From the NCBI RefSeq assembly GCF_009914755.1, contig NC_060930.1: a DNA stretch of 64,000 bases; one strand, written 5' to 3'. This document shows, one piece after another, positions 1-14,787 of this stretch. Source of the stretch: the human T2T-CHM13v2.0 reference genome, Homo sapiens. A program made the translations under genes and the position numbers. Numbering within the stretch: position 1 is the first letter of the stretch; the number at the start of each line of letters is the position of its first letter. The notes beneath the pieces were generated by a model that saw nothing but the letters and a program-made list of their open reading frames with translations, did no database searches and was not told where the DNA came from.

Positions 1-401
1 GGTCCAGCTGGGCTCCCGGCCTGGAAACCTGCCTCGGAACATGCTCCCAAAACATGCGTGGGGGGTCTTTTGCTGAAGCCCGAGAGAGACACTTTGCCGT
101 CTGAGGAGATTGGGGCGCAGATGTGGAGTATACATTTTTGTCCCTCCTTTTTCCATGAAGGAAAGAAAATAATGAAAACATACTAGAACCCACAATTGGA
201 TGCTGAGGTCTCTGAAACTTTTCCCTCACGCTCAGATGCCTGAACTACTGGAATCTCTATATTTGCATGAGGTTTTAGGGGAAGGGGTCACTAGGTCATG
301 AGAAGTCTTCCTGAGGGCACCAAAAAGTGGAGGACAGGGGTGCAAGCAGTGAAGAGGGACATTAATAAAAGAAAGACATGCTCAGTCAAGATCATCTAGC
401 A

Positions 402-650
<249 letters not shown>

Positions 651-1124
651 TTAGTCTAGTAAAGAGAATAAAACAGCACTTGTCAAAGTGAGCAGTGACC
701 ATCGTTGGGTCCATCCTCTGCCTGACACCATGCCCCCTCCCTGAGGCCGTTTGTCTCTAAGCTTCAGTGACACCCCTCTCTCAATATTTTCTCACCTGTC
801 TTCTCAGGTGGTGTCCCTGGATCTCTTTGGGGATCTATGTACAACCTCTTCCTGGGTGATAGCATTGAGCCCATGGCTTTAAAAGGGACATGCGGCCCTG
901 GCTTCTCCATCCAGCTGCCTCCCCCAGGCCCCATATGACGCGACCCCTGCCCGGCTCCCTTTCCACCCTCACATCCTTCCCTCTTACTCACAGTGCTATA
1001 GCTACGCTGAGCTTCTGCCCTCCCGGAAATACACCTGCTCACTGCTGTGCAGGGCCATCTCTGCTTCCTCTGCTGGGACTCTCTCCCCAGATTCTAGGTG
1101 CCACTCTTTATCTCCCAGATCTAA

Positions 1125-1514
<390 letters not shown>

Positions 1515-2274
1515 TAGTTTTTCCTGTAGCATTTATGTCTGGAATTTGATTATTTTAGAAAGGATTGTAGTTGGTGAGACCCACCAGAACAGGAATTTTG
1601 TCTGTTTGCTCACAGCCCTGGTTCCTTGAACAATGTGGGCATGGCAGGATTCTAATTAATTCATTAAGACATAAGGATCTTTGGAAGTCTGTCCCAGTAA
1701 CAGAGAGCTCACGGGTGCCTGGGCGCTAGTCCCAAGAGGGGACTAAAGAACCCAGGCCACTCTGCTGGCTCTGCTTCTGAGACCTTCCTCTCTCCCTCCT
1801 GGTCCCAGCCTCCTTCATTTCTCCAACTGCTCTTGCCCCTGTGTTTCTTCAGAGGTTGAGTCAAGGGAAGGAGAAATCAGAGTCTGGTATCTCATTTGCC
1901 TGTGGACTGTCTTCTCAGTGATCCCCACAGAACACTTATTCGCTTAGGCAAAAATTCTGGACATGTTTCATGGTTCCTTCGGTAGGTTTATAAAAGTCTA
2001 TAGAACTCATATGTAATTAAGATACTGAACAATTATCCATAGGATCCTTTTTCCCTCTACTTTTTTGTCGCCATTGTATGCTATTTCATCTGCTTCATGG
2101 GATAGATGCCTCTTGTAAGCTACCTTTATAAATCCAAATCACGAATAATCAAATTTTCAATGTCTAGTTTCCCATCTCCTTTTAGTACTAGTGTATAATT
2201 TCATTATTCTTTAAAACCCACAATGCAGCTTTTTCCAACATATAATTGCAGTTTGTCTTTTTATTTTAATTTAG

Positions 2275-2419
2275 TTATTGGCCAAAATCTACAAAATGCC
2301 CTTGAAGCCAATATTCCTTAGTGGGAGACTTGCCGGCTTGCCTCGAAGACTTCAGGAACAGTCAGCCAGCAGTGAGGATGGAATTGAATCAGTCCTGTCT
2401 GATTTTGATGATGACACCG
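2275..2419 (+). CDS. ARFGEF3: ARFGEF3/BIG3 coding exon (1st in window): LLAKIYKMPLKPIFLSGRLAGLPRRLQEQSASSEDGIESVLSDFDDDT(G)
   Basis: T-rich tract + TAG acceptor, GTAAGC donor at 2420. 145 nt, phase 0->1, in frame with next exon. Confidence 0.95.
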
Positions 2420-2512
2420 GTAAGCTAATTGATTGGACTAAACTAGGTTATTTGCTGTGTTCATATTCCCAGAAGCTTAAGTCATAAATGAAGTACCTTA
2501 AGCTTCTGGGAA

Positions 2513-3306
2513 TTGTCTTAGTCCATTTTGTGCTGCTATAAGAGAATACTTGAGAGTGATAAATAGCAGATTTATTTCTTACAGTTCTGGAGGCTGAGAA
2601 GCCAAAAGTTGAGGGGCTTGCCTCTGATGAGGGCCCTCTTGCTGTATCATCCCAAGAGGAAGGGCAAGAGAGCACTCAAGGAGTTCAGGGTGGTGGGGAG
2701 AGGCAGGGGGACCAAAGTCATGCTTTGATCAGGAACCCACTCCCAAGATACTAACTCACGTTCATGATAACAATATTAATCCATTCATGAGTACAGAGCC
2801 CTCATGACCTAATCACCTCTTAAAGGTCCCACCTGTTAACACTGTTGCATTATGGATAAAGTTTCCAACACATGAATGTTGGGGGACACATTCAAACCAT
2901 AGCATTCCACTCTGGCCCCCAAAATTGAGGTTCTTCTCACATGCGGAATACATTAATGCCATCCCAATAGTCCCAAAGCCTTAACTTGTTTCAGCACCAA
3001 CTCAAGAGTCTCATCTAAATCAGGTACAGTTGAGACCAAAGGCATGATTCATTCCAAAGCAAATTCCTCTCCAGCTGTGGGCCTGTGAAATTAACAAATT
3101 GAATGCTTCCAAAATACAATGGTAGGAAGGCATAGGATAGACATTCACGTTCTAAAGGGGGAGAAATAGGCAAGACAGGAGCAACATGCCCCAGGTGAGC
3201 CCAAAAACACAGCAGAGCAGACATTAAATTGTAAGACTCCAGAATCATCTTTTACTGCACTTGCCATGAACATGTGAACTTCGGGGGAAATATTCAAACC
3301 GTAACA
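2513..3306 (-). mobile_element. MaLR LTR (MST/MLT1A-like) with adjoining internal fragment
   Basis: TGTCTTAGTCCATTTTGTGCTGCTATAA...ACACATTCAAACCATAGCA, followed by MST-int-like sequence. Confidence 0.75.
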
Positions 3307-4049
3307 TAGATCATAAGAATGAGCATCTATTTTTGTAGTTATTTTTTATAATTCTATCACAATAAGTCTGCTTAAAGTTTCCATGGACTTTCCAAAAACA
3401 TCACTTTACAATGGATGCCTCTATACCCATCCTTTTAAAATGGATTCCTCTGTCTAAAACTACTGCAAATTTGCAGATTCCACTTAAGTAGTTTCTAACT
3501 CTCAATTCTCTTGACTTTAGCAAATTGGAATGAAGTTCCATTGGTGCCTAAGTACTTAAATTGGCTGATAATTGTCTTTTAGTATCTTTTAGAAAACAAA
3601 TCATTATATAATTACTTCTTACAGGACTATTTGGTTAGAGACTGGGGAAATTAAGCCATTACTAAAGAGAGACTCTATTTGTGACTGTTGAAGCTGAAGG
3701 CTCATCAAAACAATGATTTTAAAGAATTTGTTTCCAATTAGGTCCCATGTGATCTCCTGTGAATCAGAGTTCAAACTAGTAACTGTGGATCATTTTCAGA
3801 TAGATTAACTCATGCTCACACCTTCTGTCTTCTGTCTCAGAAGACCCTGTCCTGTTCTACATCTAGAATTGGATATCATACCCTCAAATAGGTCTAACTT
3901 CTGGGTATAGGTTATTTCAAACTCCTTTATAAAAGGACTTTTGAGGGGAAGGTTTTTTGTTTTATTTTGCTGTTACAAATTTTGTGGGGGTGGCTAGGAG
4001 ATTTAAAATTTTCGATGGAGATGATAAACAACAAAGTCTCACAAGTTCA

Positions 4050-4346
<297 letters not shown>

Positions 4347-5179
4347 TCACAAGTTCAGATTAGTTGTGAGGAATAATTACAGGAAAGAATATCTAATATA
4401 GAGAACAATTAAAGTATTGAAAGTTGGCTAGAGATTATCTAATAGAGGTTTCAGTTTAATGATTAGATAAGAACAATTTTTACTTAGCATTTTAAACCTC
4501 AAACCCAGATAATTATAAGCAGAAGCTAATGTTGTTTATCTATAATACATTCTTTTAAACAGTTGTAAACGGTTGGGTATGTAACGTCGAGCATTCTCTT
4601 TCCCATTTGTGCAAATCTTTGATTTTTTTTTCTAGGAACCCCATCTTCTAAGGGATACAGTTCCATCCAGCACCTATCTAAGTTTTCTACATAATCAATG
4701 TAACTAGGACTTTAAAGTTATCATTATGTAGACATAGTAAATCAGAACAAAAATCAGTAATAGCTTTAGTTTTAAAAAATTAATCCTCAACATTGATACA
4801 TTACATTATCAGATATTATTCCGCTGGTTTTCAAAGGCAAATAATTACATTTTTCCTCTTATAGAAATTTCAAACATATGCAAAACTTGTATATTTTGAA
4901 TATACAAAATATATACATATACAGATATACATATGTAGAATATACAGAACTAAACAGAATAATATAACAGACTTATCACCTAGCTTCAACTACTATCAAT
5001 TTATGGCTAATCTTGGATCATGTATATCTTTCTTTGCTCTCTCTTCCTCTTTCTCCATAGGTTAAGGCAAATCCTCAACATAGCATTTCATCTGTAGATG
5101 TTTCAGTGTGTGTTCTTTAAAGATAACAAACATAAACATGACACCACTATCACACCTCAAAATCAATCATAATTTATAG

Positions 5180-5395
5180 TACATTAGAGGTACCAGGGAC
5201 TGGAGCGAGGAAGAAAGGAGAGTAACTGTTTAATAGCTCCAGGGTTTCTGTTTGAGATGAAAACATCTTGGAAACAGTAGTGATAGTCGCACAACATTGT
5301 TGTCATGAATACCTCTGAATTGTACTCGTAGAAATGGCTAAAATGGCTTTTTCTGTTCTATATATTTACCACAATAAAATCATTTTTTAAAAAAA
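5180..5395 (+). mobile_element. Old L1 (L1MB-like) 3' end
   Basis: GAGAGTAACTGTTTAAT...GGGTTTCTG...CACAACATTG motif. Confidence 0.65.
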
Positions 5396-5736
5396 GATAG
5401 ATGAAGATGATAGAACTGGATGGATAGCTTATTTGGTATCATCAGCTCCCAGGAAACCTGACAGCCATTTCAACATGGTAGAATTTCCTTAACCTATCAC
5501 CTTTTTATTAAAGGGGAAGGAGAAGGAAATGTGAGCAGTATTTTTCCCCTTGACTTTGTCAGACCACATAAATCATCATCTGTTCATGTCTATGGCCACT
5601 GAAGGCTAACAACGCTGGGTGATGGCTCACGTCTGTATAGCACTTGGCAGTTTACATACAATGTTTAATTGGATCTTGAGACGATTATTCATTGTGTCTA
5701 ACTGGATTTCATACAGGTCTGCTTTTTGGTTTCCAG

Positions 5737-5865
5737 GTCTGATAGAAGTCTGGATAATCCTGCTGGAGCAGCTGACAGCGGCTGTGTCCAATTGTCCACG
5801 GCAGCACCAACCACCAACTCTGGATTTACTCTTTGAGCTGTTGAGAGATGTGACGAAAACACCAG
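5737..5865 (+). CDS. ARFGEF3: ARFGEF3 coding exon: (G)LIEVWIILLEQLTAAVSNCPRQHQPPTLDLLFELLRDVTKTP(G)
   Basis: TTCCAG acceptor, GTAAAT donor. 129 nt, phase 1->1. Helical HDS-type sequence. Confidence 0.95.
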
Positions 5866-7450
5866 GTAAATATTTCTGTGTCCGTCTTTTGGGGGAGTGG
5901 TTATACATGTAACTCTTTTCAAGAGGGTATTTCTGCAGGTGTCTGCCTGTTTTCACTGTTTCCTAGACTTAGTACAAAGCTCACACGTAAGAGGTGCTCA
6001 ATAAATGTTTGTTGAATGGTAGTGATGCTTAAGGTATGGCCTGTGTATTGTTTACATGTCTTCCTAGAAGTCTGGTTACAAGTATCGTGTGGTGGCCAGT
6101 TAGTTGGATGTGTAGGAGCTCCACATTAATCAGACCAAGGCTATGGTATCAGCGTCTCCAAGAGCCATTTGGCTTTGCTATTTCCATGGTCACAGCCTTC
6201 CTTTGTGGCAGGATCTCACAGTCACATGCTCTTGGCCCTTGGGCTGTTGGTTGGGCTTACTGGGTCTTCCAGTAATATAAACCACTTTCAGCTATATGCG
6301 GTATTAAGGCAGCAACACCCCGTTTGTGTAAGGGTCATAGGTGATTAGATTTGGAAAAAGACATATAGTCCTTGCCTAGTACAAGGACCCTGAGAGTATG
6401 AGAAAAGAATGACTTTTAGGAATTTATTTCTTATTGTGAATTAATCAATTTTAGTATATACATTTATACATGCCAATTTCTCAAGATCAAAGAAACTTTT
6501 TTAATAGAAATTTAAGTATTTTACTAACAATCAGACCCTAAATGAAGCCACTTTCTTACTAAGAGGAGGTCTGTACTCATTATAATGAAGACTTGATAAT
6601 TGATACCGTTTCAAAATCTATAGCAAAGTTTATATTATTTTTTAAAAAACACCATAGATACTGCCACGTTAAAAAGTTAAAAGCCTTCCATCAAAGAATA
6701 AGTAGGTATTTTATAGAATTGCAAACCACTATTTCTAAATCTGTTTTACTCATCAGTACCATTTTCTGCTTTCACATTGATTGCCACTAAATGTGTGTGA
6801 AGAGCATTTAATCCACTTTTGTTCCTAGGAGCCTGTCATCTAAGGAAATTATCAATAATAAAGACAAAATTGTATATATAAGATGTTTGCTGAAACATCT
6901 TGAATACCAAAAATTATGAACACCCTAAATGGGAAGCAGTTAATTGTGGTAAAAGCATGTAAATATTCTGCAGGCGTTAAAATTAATATTTGTGAATAAT
7001 ATTTAATGATGTGAATAATTACTTACAAAGCATTATGTTAAAATGCACATACTATGGAGTGCAATCTCAACTATATGAAATTTTATGCAATTATAAATAC
7101 AAACACACATGCATTCCAAAAGTCCTAAAAGGAAATACATCAAAATGTGATTATCTCTAGATGAGTTTTTTCTTGTATTCTCATGTAATTTCCATGTTTA
7201 TTATAAAATGGATGCTTTGCTTTTGTAATCATAACTTCAAAAACTCATCAACATTTCCACAATGTTGAACAAAGAAGCACAATGATTTTCATTATAGCAT
7301 AGTCTATAAAACAAAAAAATTAGAAACACCTTAAATATTCATCAGTAAGGAAATGGATAAGTAAACTGCTGTACGTAAATACAATAGAAATAGTATGTGG
7401 CAATAAAAATGAGGAATATGCAAATTTGCTGACAAAGAATAATCTCACAC

Positions 7451-7741
7451 TTTTGGGGTTTTCTGCGAAATGGAGGTCTTGCCAGGCTGGAGCAAGTGGT
7501 GTGATCATAGCTCACTGCAGTCTCAAATTCCTGGGCTCAAGCGATCCTTCCACCTCAGCCTCCCAAGTTGCCGAGGCTACCAGCACTCCACAATGCCCAG
7601 CTAATTTTTTTTTTTTTTTTTTGAGAAGGGATTTCACAATGTCGCCCAAGCTAGTCTTAAACTACTGGGCTTAATTAAGCAATCCTCACGCCTCAGCCTG
7701 CAGAGTAGGTGAGATTACAGGTGTACACTACTGTGGCCAGC
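7451..7741 (-). mobile_element. AluJ-like
   Basis: GTGATCATAGCTCACTGCAG...CCTGGGCTCAAGCGATCC. Confidence 0.85.
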
Positions 7742-8189
7742 TCTAACAAACACTATTGTTAAGTTAAAAAAAAAAAAAAATGAGTATGCAGACCGAAGTT
7801 TACATTATCTCCTTTATATAAAATATTTCCCCATGTAGTTAGATTTCATAAATGTATGATTTCAAAGGGTATTTTCTTATACACACATGTGTATTTGTGT
7901 GTTTACATTTAGGTCCTAGGAGTTGAGCAGGTGATATTTTAGCTTTACCAGCAATATTTGAATGTTTTAGGAGTATATTCACATATTGCTCACATAACTA
8001 AAACCCCGCAGAAAAAAAAAGGAAAAATGCCACTGAAGACCATATATTCCCCCATCAGCAGTAAATTATTTTTCCCTGCACTTTCTCAGCAAATGTAGGG
8101 ATCCTTCCAAAGAGATCAACAATGCCAGGTGGAGGCAAAGAGCTTCCCTTTTATTACAGGTTGTTGCTACGCTGACTTTTCTTTTTCAG

Positions 8190-8366
8190 GACCAGGGTTT
8201 GGTATCTATGCAGTGGTTCACCTCCTCCTTCCTGTGATGTCCGTTTGGCTCCGCCGGAGCCATAAAGACCATTCCTACTGGGATATGGCCTCTGCCAATT
8301 TCAAGCACGCTATTGGTCTGTCCTGTGAGCTGGTGGTGGAGCACATTCAAAGCTTTCTACATTCAG
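8190..8366 (+). CDS. ARFGEF3: ARFGEF3 coding exon: (G)PGFGIYAVVHLLLPVMSVWLRRSHKDHSYWDMASANFKHAIGLSCELVVEHIQSFLHS(D)
   Basis: GCTGAC branch, TTTTCTTTTTCAG acceptor, GTATCT donor. 177 nt, phase 1->1. Confidence 0.95.
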
Positions 8367-9594
8367 GTATCTGAAGTGCCAGAGCAGTTCATTCTGGGTA
8401 TTTCTTTGGTAGACAGCACCGTCAGCTAAAACGGTGTAGTAAATACCTAATGCAAATACGAATGCAGGGTTTTTGTCCTGGGAATTATTAAAATAGAACA
8501 ACATGGTCAGTGCCAGCCTTCTAATAGATTTTCAAAGAGAAAATTCATACCCATGTGTCTTCTACAAAATTTTCAAACCGAATGCTCAAAATATATGTGT
8601 GGTAGAAAATAAAATACCTAATAAGAGGTCTGGGGTACCTGTGCATTAGGAGAAGGGAGGCGAATTCAAGTATATAAAAAAGAAAAAAAAAAGAAGAAGC
8701 AATATCCCCGTAGCCTGTGGGGGGGTAGCGGGTATAGCCTGTCACCCTGCTTCATCTGGGGAGGCTAAATGGAGGAGGCAGGGTTTTAGAAAAGGCTTCC
8801 ATTGTGGGCAAGAAGTAGCTTAACAGGCTAGGGATGAAGAGAAATTTCTTAATATTGATGGCACTTTGTAAAGGCTGTGAAAGTGTGGGATGGACAGTAT
8901 GCTGAAGTCAGCAGATGGAGAGGGACCTAGAGGCAGGGGATGTGTTCACTGTGGTCCCAGTGGAGCCACATGTGTGAAGATGTGGGTGTCCGGGAGCAGA
9001 AGAAACATTGCTGCTACCCACAGAGCTTATAACTCGAAGGACTGGCATATCATGGTGTAAGGGAAGAGGTTCCCTTGCTGGAGAGGACAGAGAAACTAAG
9101 GAGGATGTTGACCCCAGGGGAGACTAACAAAGCTAATAAAAGAAACTGTGTCTCTATTAAGTTTAGCAAGGACAATTTACCCTGCCAAAAAAGAACACCA
9201 ATTGTGAAAGAAAACAAGTGAGTTTTTCCACATGTAGGTGGTAACTGGTAACCATATCCCTAAGGGTAGCCACATGTTCCTGGCTGGGTCATTGCTTTGC
9301 ACAGTGTGAGACTGTGATACTGCAACACATAAAAGTGAACTGCATATTTCATTTTTATTTCTGTAGAAGTGGATGAAACATGCTGAAATTGGGTAAAAAT
9401 CCAAGAAAATTATTGTTTTACTGGGTTTTCGGGGGGGGCAGGAGGAGGATATGGCCATTTTTCTCATTGTTCTATTTCTTTTTCCCAGATATGTGCTTAT
9501 CATTCAGACTTTCCTCTGTTGCTGTAGATGGCCATTTCAATCTATCCCTTTACACTAGAGCTGCGTGAAACTGTGATTTTGCTGTTTCCTATAG

Positions 9595-9709
9595 ATATCA
9601 GGTATGAGAGCATGATCAATACCATGCTGAAGGACCTCTTTGAGTTGCTGGTCGCCTGTGTGGCCAAGCCCACTGAAACCATCTCCAGAGTGGGCTGCTC
9701 CTGTATTAG
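9595..9709 (+). CDS. ARFGEF3: ARFGEF3 coding exon: (D)IRYESMINTMLKDLFELLVACVAKPTETISRVGCSCI(R)
   Basis: CCTATAG acceptor, GTGAGG donor. 115 nt, phase 1->2. Resembles the BIG1/Sec7 HDS 'R.G..C' motif. Confidence 0.95.
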
Positions 9710-10309
9710 GTGAGGAAACGCTTTCCTGACTCTCCACAAAGCTGGAGTTTTTATTTAAAAATCTAAAGAAATTAAATTGTCTTTGTGGTAGGAATCGACT
9801 TTTTGGATTGCTTTCTGTAAGTAGACTTTTGTAATTAAAAATGACTATGTGCTAATAATTCTTCATTTCAGTGTTCAGTCAGCAAATGTGTATTGTATAA
9901 GACATTACACAAAGTATTCTGGTTCAGTTTCTCAAAGACATACAGAAGGCAAACAGGTATATGAAAAGGTGCTCAGCATCAGTGATCATAAGAGAAACGC
10001 AAATTGAATGTACAATGAGATATCATCTCATCCCACCTAAAATAGCTTATCCAAAAGACAGGTAATAACAAATGCTGGAGAGGATGTGGAGAAAAGGGAA
10101 CCCTCGTACACTGTTGGTGGGAATGTAAATTAGTACAACCACTATGGAGAACAGTTTGGAGGCTCTTCAAACTAAAAATAGAGGTATCATACAATCAGCA
10201 ATCCCATTGCTGGGTATATACTCCAAAGAAGGAAAATAATTATATCAAAGAGATAGCTGTACTCCCATGTTCACAATAGTCAAAATTTGGAAGCAACCTA
10301 ATAAGTATC

Positions 10310-10944
10310 AGTATTAGTCCATTTTCATGCTGCTGATAAAGACACACCCAAGACTGGGAAGAAAAAGAGCTTTAATGGACTTACAGTTCCACGTGGCTGG
10401 GGAGGCCTCACAATCATGGCGGAAGGCAAGGAGGAGCAAGTCACATCTTAATGGATGGTGGCAGGCAAAGAGAGAGCTTGCTCAGGGCCACAGGGTACCC
10501 AGACATTTGGCCAAACATTATTGTGGGTGTGTCTCTGGGGGTGTTTCTGGATGAGAAGAACATTTGAATTGGTGGAGATAGCACAGCAGATGGCCCTCCC
10601 TAATGTGGGTGGGCCTCGTCCAATCAGTTGAAGACCTGAATAGAACAAAAAGGCCAAGTAAGAGGGTACTTTGCCTGCCTGACTGTTTGAGCTGGAACAT
10701 CAATCTTCTCCTGCCCCTGGACTGTACTTACATCTCCCCGTTCTCAGGCTTTCAGACTTGGACTGCAACTATACGACTGGCTCAAGGAGAACTCATTATA
10801 ACCATCAGATCTCATGAGACTTATTCACTATAACAGCATGGGAAAGACCCGGCCCGATGATTCAGTTACCTCTCACGGGGTCCCTCCCACAACACATGGG
10901 AATTCAAGATGAGATTTGGGTAGGGACACAGCCAAACTGTATCA
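10310..10944 (-). mobile_element. THE1 solo LTR containing an MLT2 fragment
   Basis: GTATTAGTCCATTTTCATGCTGCTGATAAAGAC...GGGACACAGCCAAACTGTATCA. Approximate 5-bp TSD GTATC/GTGTC. Confidence 0.85.
10485..10783 (+). mobile_element. MLT2 (ERVL LTR) internal fragment lacking termini
   Basis: CCCTCCCTAATGTGGGTGGGCCTCGTCCAATCAGTTGAAGACCTGAATAGAACAAAAAGG is an MLT2 signature. Confidence 0.8.
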
Positions 10945-11032
10945 GTGTCCATCAACAGATGAATGCATAAAGGAAATGTGGTACATACACAAAATGGAGT
11001 ACTATTCAGCCATAAAAAATAATGGGATTCTC

Positions 11033-11316
<284 letters not shown>

Positions 11317-11667
11317 TTACAACAACATAGAGGGAACTGGAGGTTATTATGCTAAGTGAAATAAGCCAGGCACATGGGAGGGCGGGTCACATGAAAAATG
11401 GTGACAGTGAAGCAAGGACCTCGTTGTAGCAGTGACACTGGTCACATCCTCCAAGGTGGACAGGCATGGGGGAGGTGGGGACTTTCCAAGCAGAAGAACA
11501 AAATAGCATTGAGATAAGAGTTTGGGGTTTGGTTTTGCTTGTAGAGGAGTGATGGAAAATGGAACTAGAATCCAAAAATCACTACAGAATATATGCAGTC
11601 TTGCATACAAGTCTACGTTTAATGATTGGCCTATTTGTAGAGGGGATCCGTTGATATTTCTATATTA

Positions 11668-12264
<597 letters not shown>

Positions 12265-12508
12265 TCACTGGGAGGAAGCCCTCCCTGGCACAGTTCTAAC
12301 CATCTTTAGCTCCTGATCCCTTACCATGTTGGGCACATGGGTTCTGCCTCCTCTGAGCAGGCAGTCTCACTTTAGATCTTGCAGAGAGTGAGAAAGAAGT
12401 TGCTGGGTCAGTACTTTTGTCTCAGACACAGTGACGATCTCAGATCCAAGACTGAGCCCGGCCCATGAACCAGGATGCATTCAGTGAGCATCTGCTGTTT
12501 CTCCCCAG

Positions 12509-12640
12509 GACCTGCTGGGCTGCTTCCACAGCGGCACGGAGAGCTTCAGCGGGGAAGGCTGCCAGGTGCGAGTGGCGGCCCCGTCCTCCTCCCCAAGTGC
12601 CGAGGCCGAGTACTGGCGCATCCGAGCCATGGCCCAGCAG
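12509..12640 (+). CDS. ARFGEF3: ARFGEF3 coding exon: DLLGCFHSGTESFSGEGCQVRVAAPSSSPSAEAEYWRIRAMAQQ
   Basis: CTCCCCAG acceptor, GTAAGG donor. 132 nt, phase 0->0, CpG-rich. Not in the ORF track in this frame; translated by hand. Confidence 0.94.
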
Positions 12641-14308
12641 GTAAGGGCAGGGGCTTTTGATCTCAGGAGCTCTAGAAACTCGAAGTGCATGTTGGGAGAC
12701 CTTCCTTGAAGGTCTCGCATCACCAAATTGCCTTTCATTCCCTGAGGGACATACACCTTGTAGCTCCCAACTCTTGCCACTACCATTCTTTGCCAGAAAT
12801 GACATGAACCCAATCAACAGCATTACCTCCTGTCCATCATCTCATTTGTTGCATCCTCCAGTGCCCAGATCAAATAGAACCCTTTCAGCAGCCTCGCCAC
12901 TGTCCTTTATAGGTAACTTGCTTGAGCTACCTGTAAGTATTTGCTTAACTGTTATTGTTACTGCTAGACTATGAGTGCCTAACAATGGCAAACTTATTTG
13001 GGCTTTTTTCTTATATCTTTCATTCACAACACAGAACTTAACATTTAAAAGTTGCTTAATAAATTTGAGTTGAATGTAACATTAAAATTCAAGTGTATTC
13101 ACTCATGCAGGAATCATCATATACCAATGGCTTTTCCTTCTTGAGACACGTGTAAGAAGTCACAAAATTTGGTTGTCAGCTCCTGAGGAGCAGAGAACAC
13201 ATTCTGTATATTTACCTTGGTATTTTTAGAGCAAAGCCTAGAGAAGATGCTTAGTATGTCTTTGTTGAATCAATAGGTTACTGAATCACAGAAATATCAG
13301 AAGAATATAGTAGTATCACGAGCTACAGATATACCCTAAGCTCTTAAGTGACATGGCAGTCTGCCGCTAGGAAACCCTGGACGTGACTCTCAGCAGCAGT
13401 CCTGCTAAATGCCATCCCCGAATTCACATATATTCATAACCATGCTGTTCACAGTAGTGAAAAAGGGAAATGGAATAAATTTCCAATAACCATTGACTGG
13501 CTAAATATTCCATCATGTAATAGCAACAGACATGCCTGAATTGGGTCTTCATATGAAGAAACTATTTTGCATATGCCTATGTATGTGTATGCATGGTATG
13601 TATTTAAAATATTAAACAAGTTTTATGAATGTAATTGAACTGTCACATTTGAGTTAAATTTGAAGAAATGAGTTGGAGGTTATACTCAAAAGGGAAGGCC
13701 CCTTTTCTCTACCAGATCTGTTTAAATTCTTAATAAAATTTTCTATTAGCACACTGATAATCTAGGATCCCCTGATTACCCATGTAAAGAACTCAGTCAG
13801 TTGAGAAGTTTCTTAGCCAGGTCTGGCTTCTTTGGGGCTTTTCCCAGCTGTCCTGAGGTAGTGGGACAAGAACCTTCTACCTTCAGTTTCTCACATCTCT
13901 GCTGAACACATGCCTGACATCTGGGACTTCATGATTCTGCTGGTTCTGAAGGAAGGGAGCACATCCCACTGAAGCCTCCGTGGCCAGTCTGAAGAAGTTG
14001 GGACAGAAGAAAGGTTGTAAGGCCGCAATGAAGAGCCACTTCTAGCAGCATGGCAGTTGGAGCTGCTGCAGCAATGGTGTAGCTAGAAGTGAGAACAGAG
14101 AAACCAAGAAAGTGGCCCTCCAAAGGGATAGCTTCTGTAAATATGCAGTTGTTACGTCTGGCTAAAGCATTTGCACGTGTGCACACAGTGGTCTCTGCAA
14201 CCCTGTCCAATCATACAACAAAAATATGAAAAAGTCAATGGGATCTTCTGAAATAGATCATCAATGGAGAAGAACAGCAAGAGCTGTTTAGTGAATCTTT
14301 CACTTCTT

Positions 14309-14643
14309 TTTCTGTTTTTCTGTTGTTTTTGTTGTTGTTGTTGTTTGTTTGTTTTTTCTTTTTTGAGACTTGCTCTATCAATCACCCAGGCTGGAGTGCA
14401 GGGTGTGATCTCGGCTCACAGCAACCTCTACCTCCAGGTTCAAGTGATTCTCCTGCCTCAGCCTCCTGAGTAGCTGGGATTACAGGTGTGCACCACCACA
14501 CCCAGCTAATTTTTGCATTTTTAGCAGAGACGGAGTTTCGCCATGTTGGCCAGGCTGGTCTCAAACTCCAGACCTCAAGTCATCCACCCACCTCAGCCTC
14601 CCAAAGTGCTGGGATTACAGGCATGAGCCACTGCACCTGGCCC
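14309..14643 (-). mobile_element. Alu (S-type) with TSD
   Basis: TSD ATCTTTCACTTCTT at 14295-14308 and 14644-14657. (TTG)n tail. Confidence 0.93.
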
Positions 14644-14787
14644 ATCTTTCACTTCTTAATACTTCTCTATTTCTTCCTCAATCCCAAATTTTCCTTATGT
14701 ATTCACTCTTAAAATAACTCATTATTCAAAAATCTGATAATTCTTACAAGATTTTGAAAGAAAATATTTTTAAAGTATTCTAGTCTT

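Noticed and set aside
8190-8255. Transmembrane helix GIYAVVHLLLPVMSVWL
   Set aside because: It lies within a helical-repeat HDS region of a peripheral-membrane protein family. A buried helix is at least as likely, and sequence alone cannot decide.
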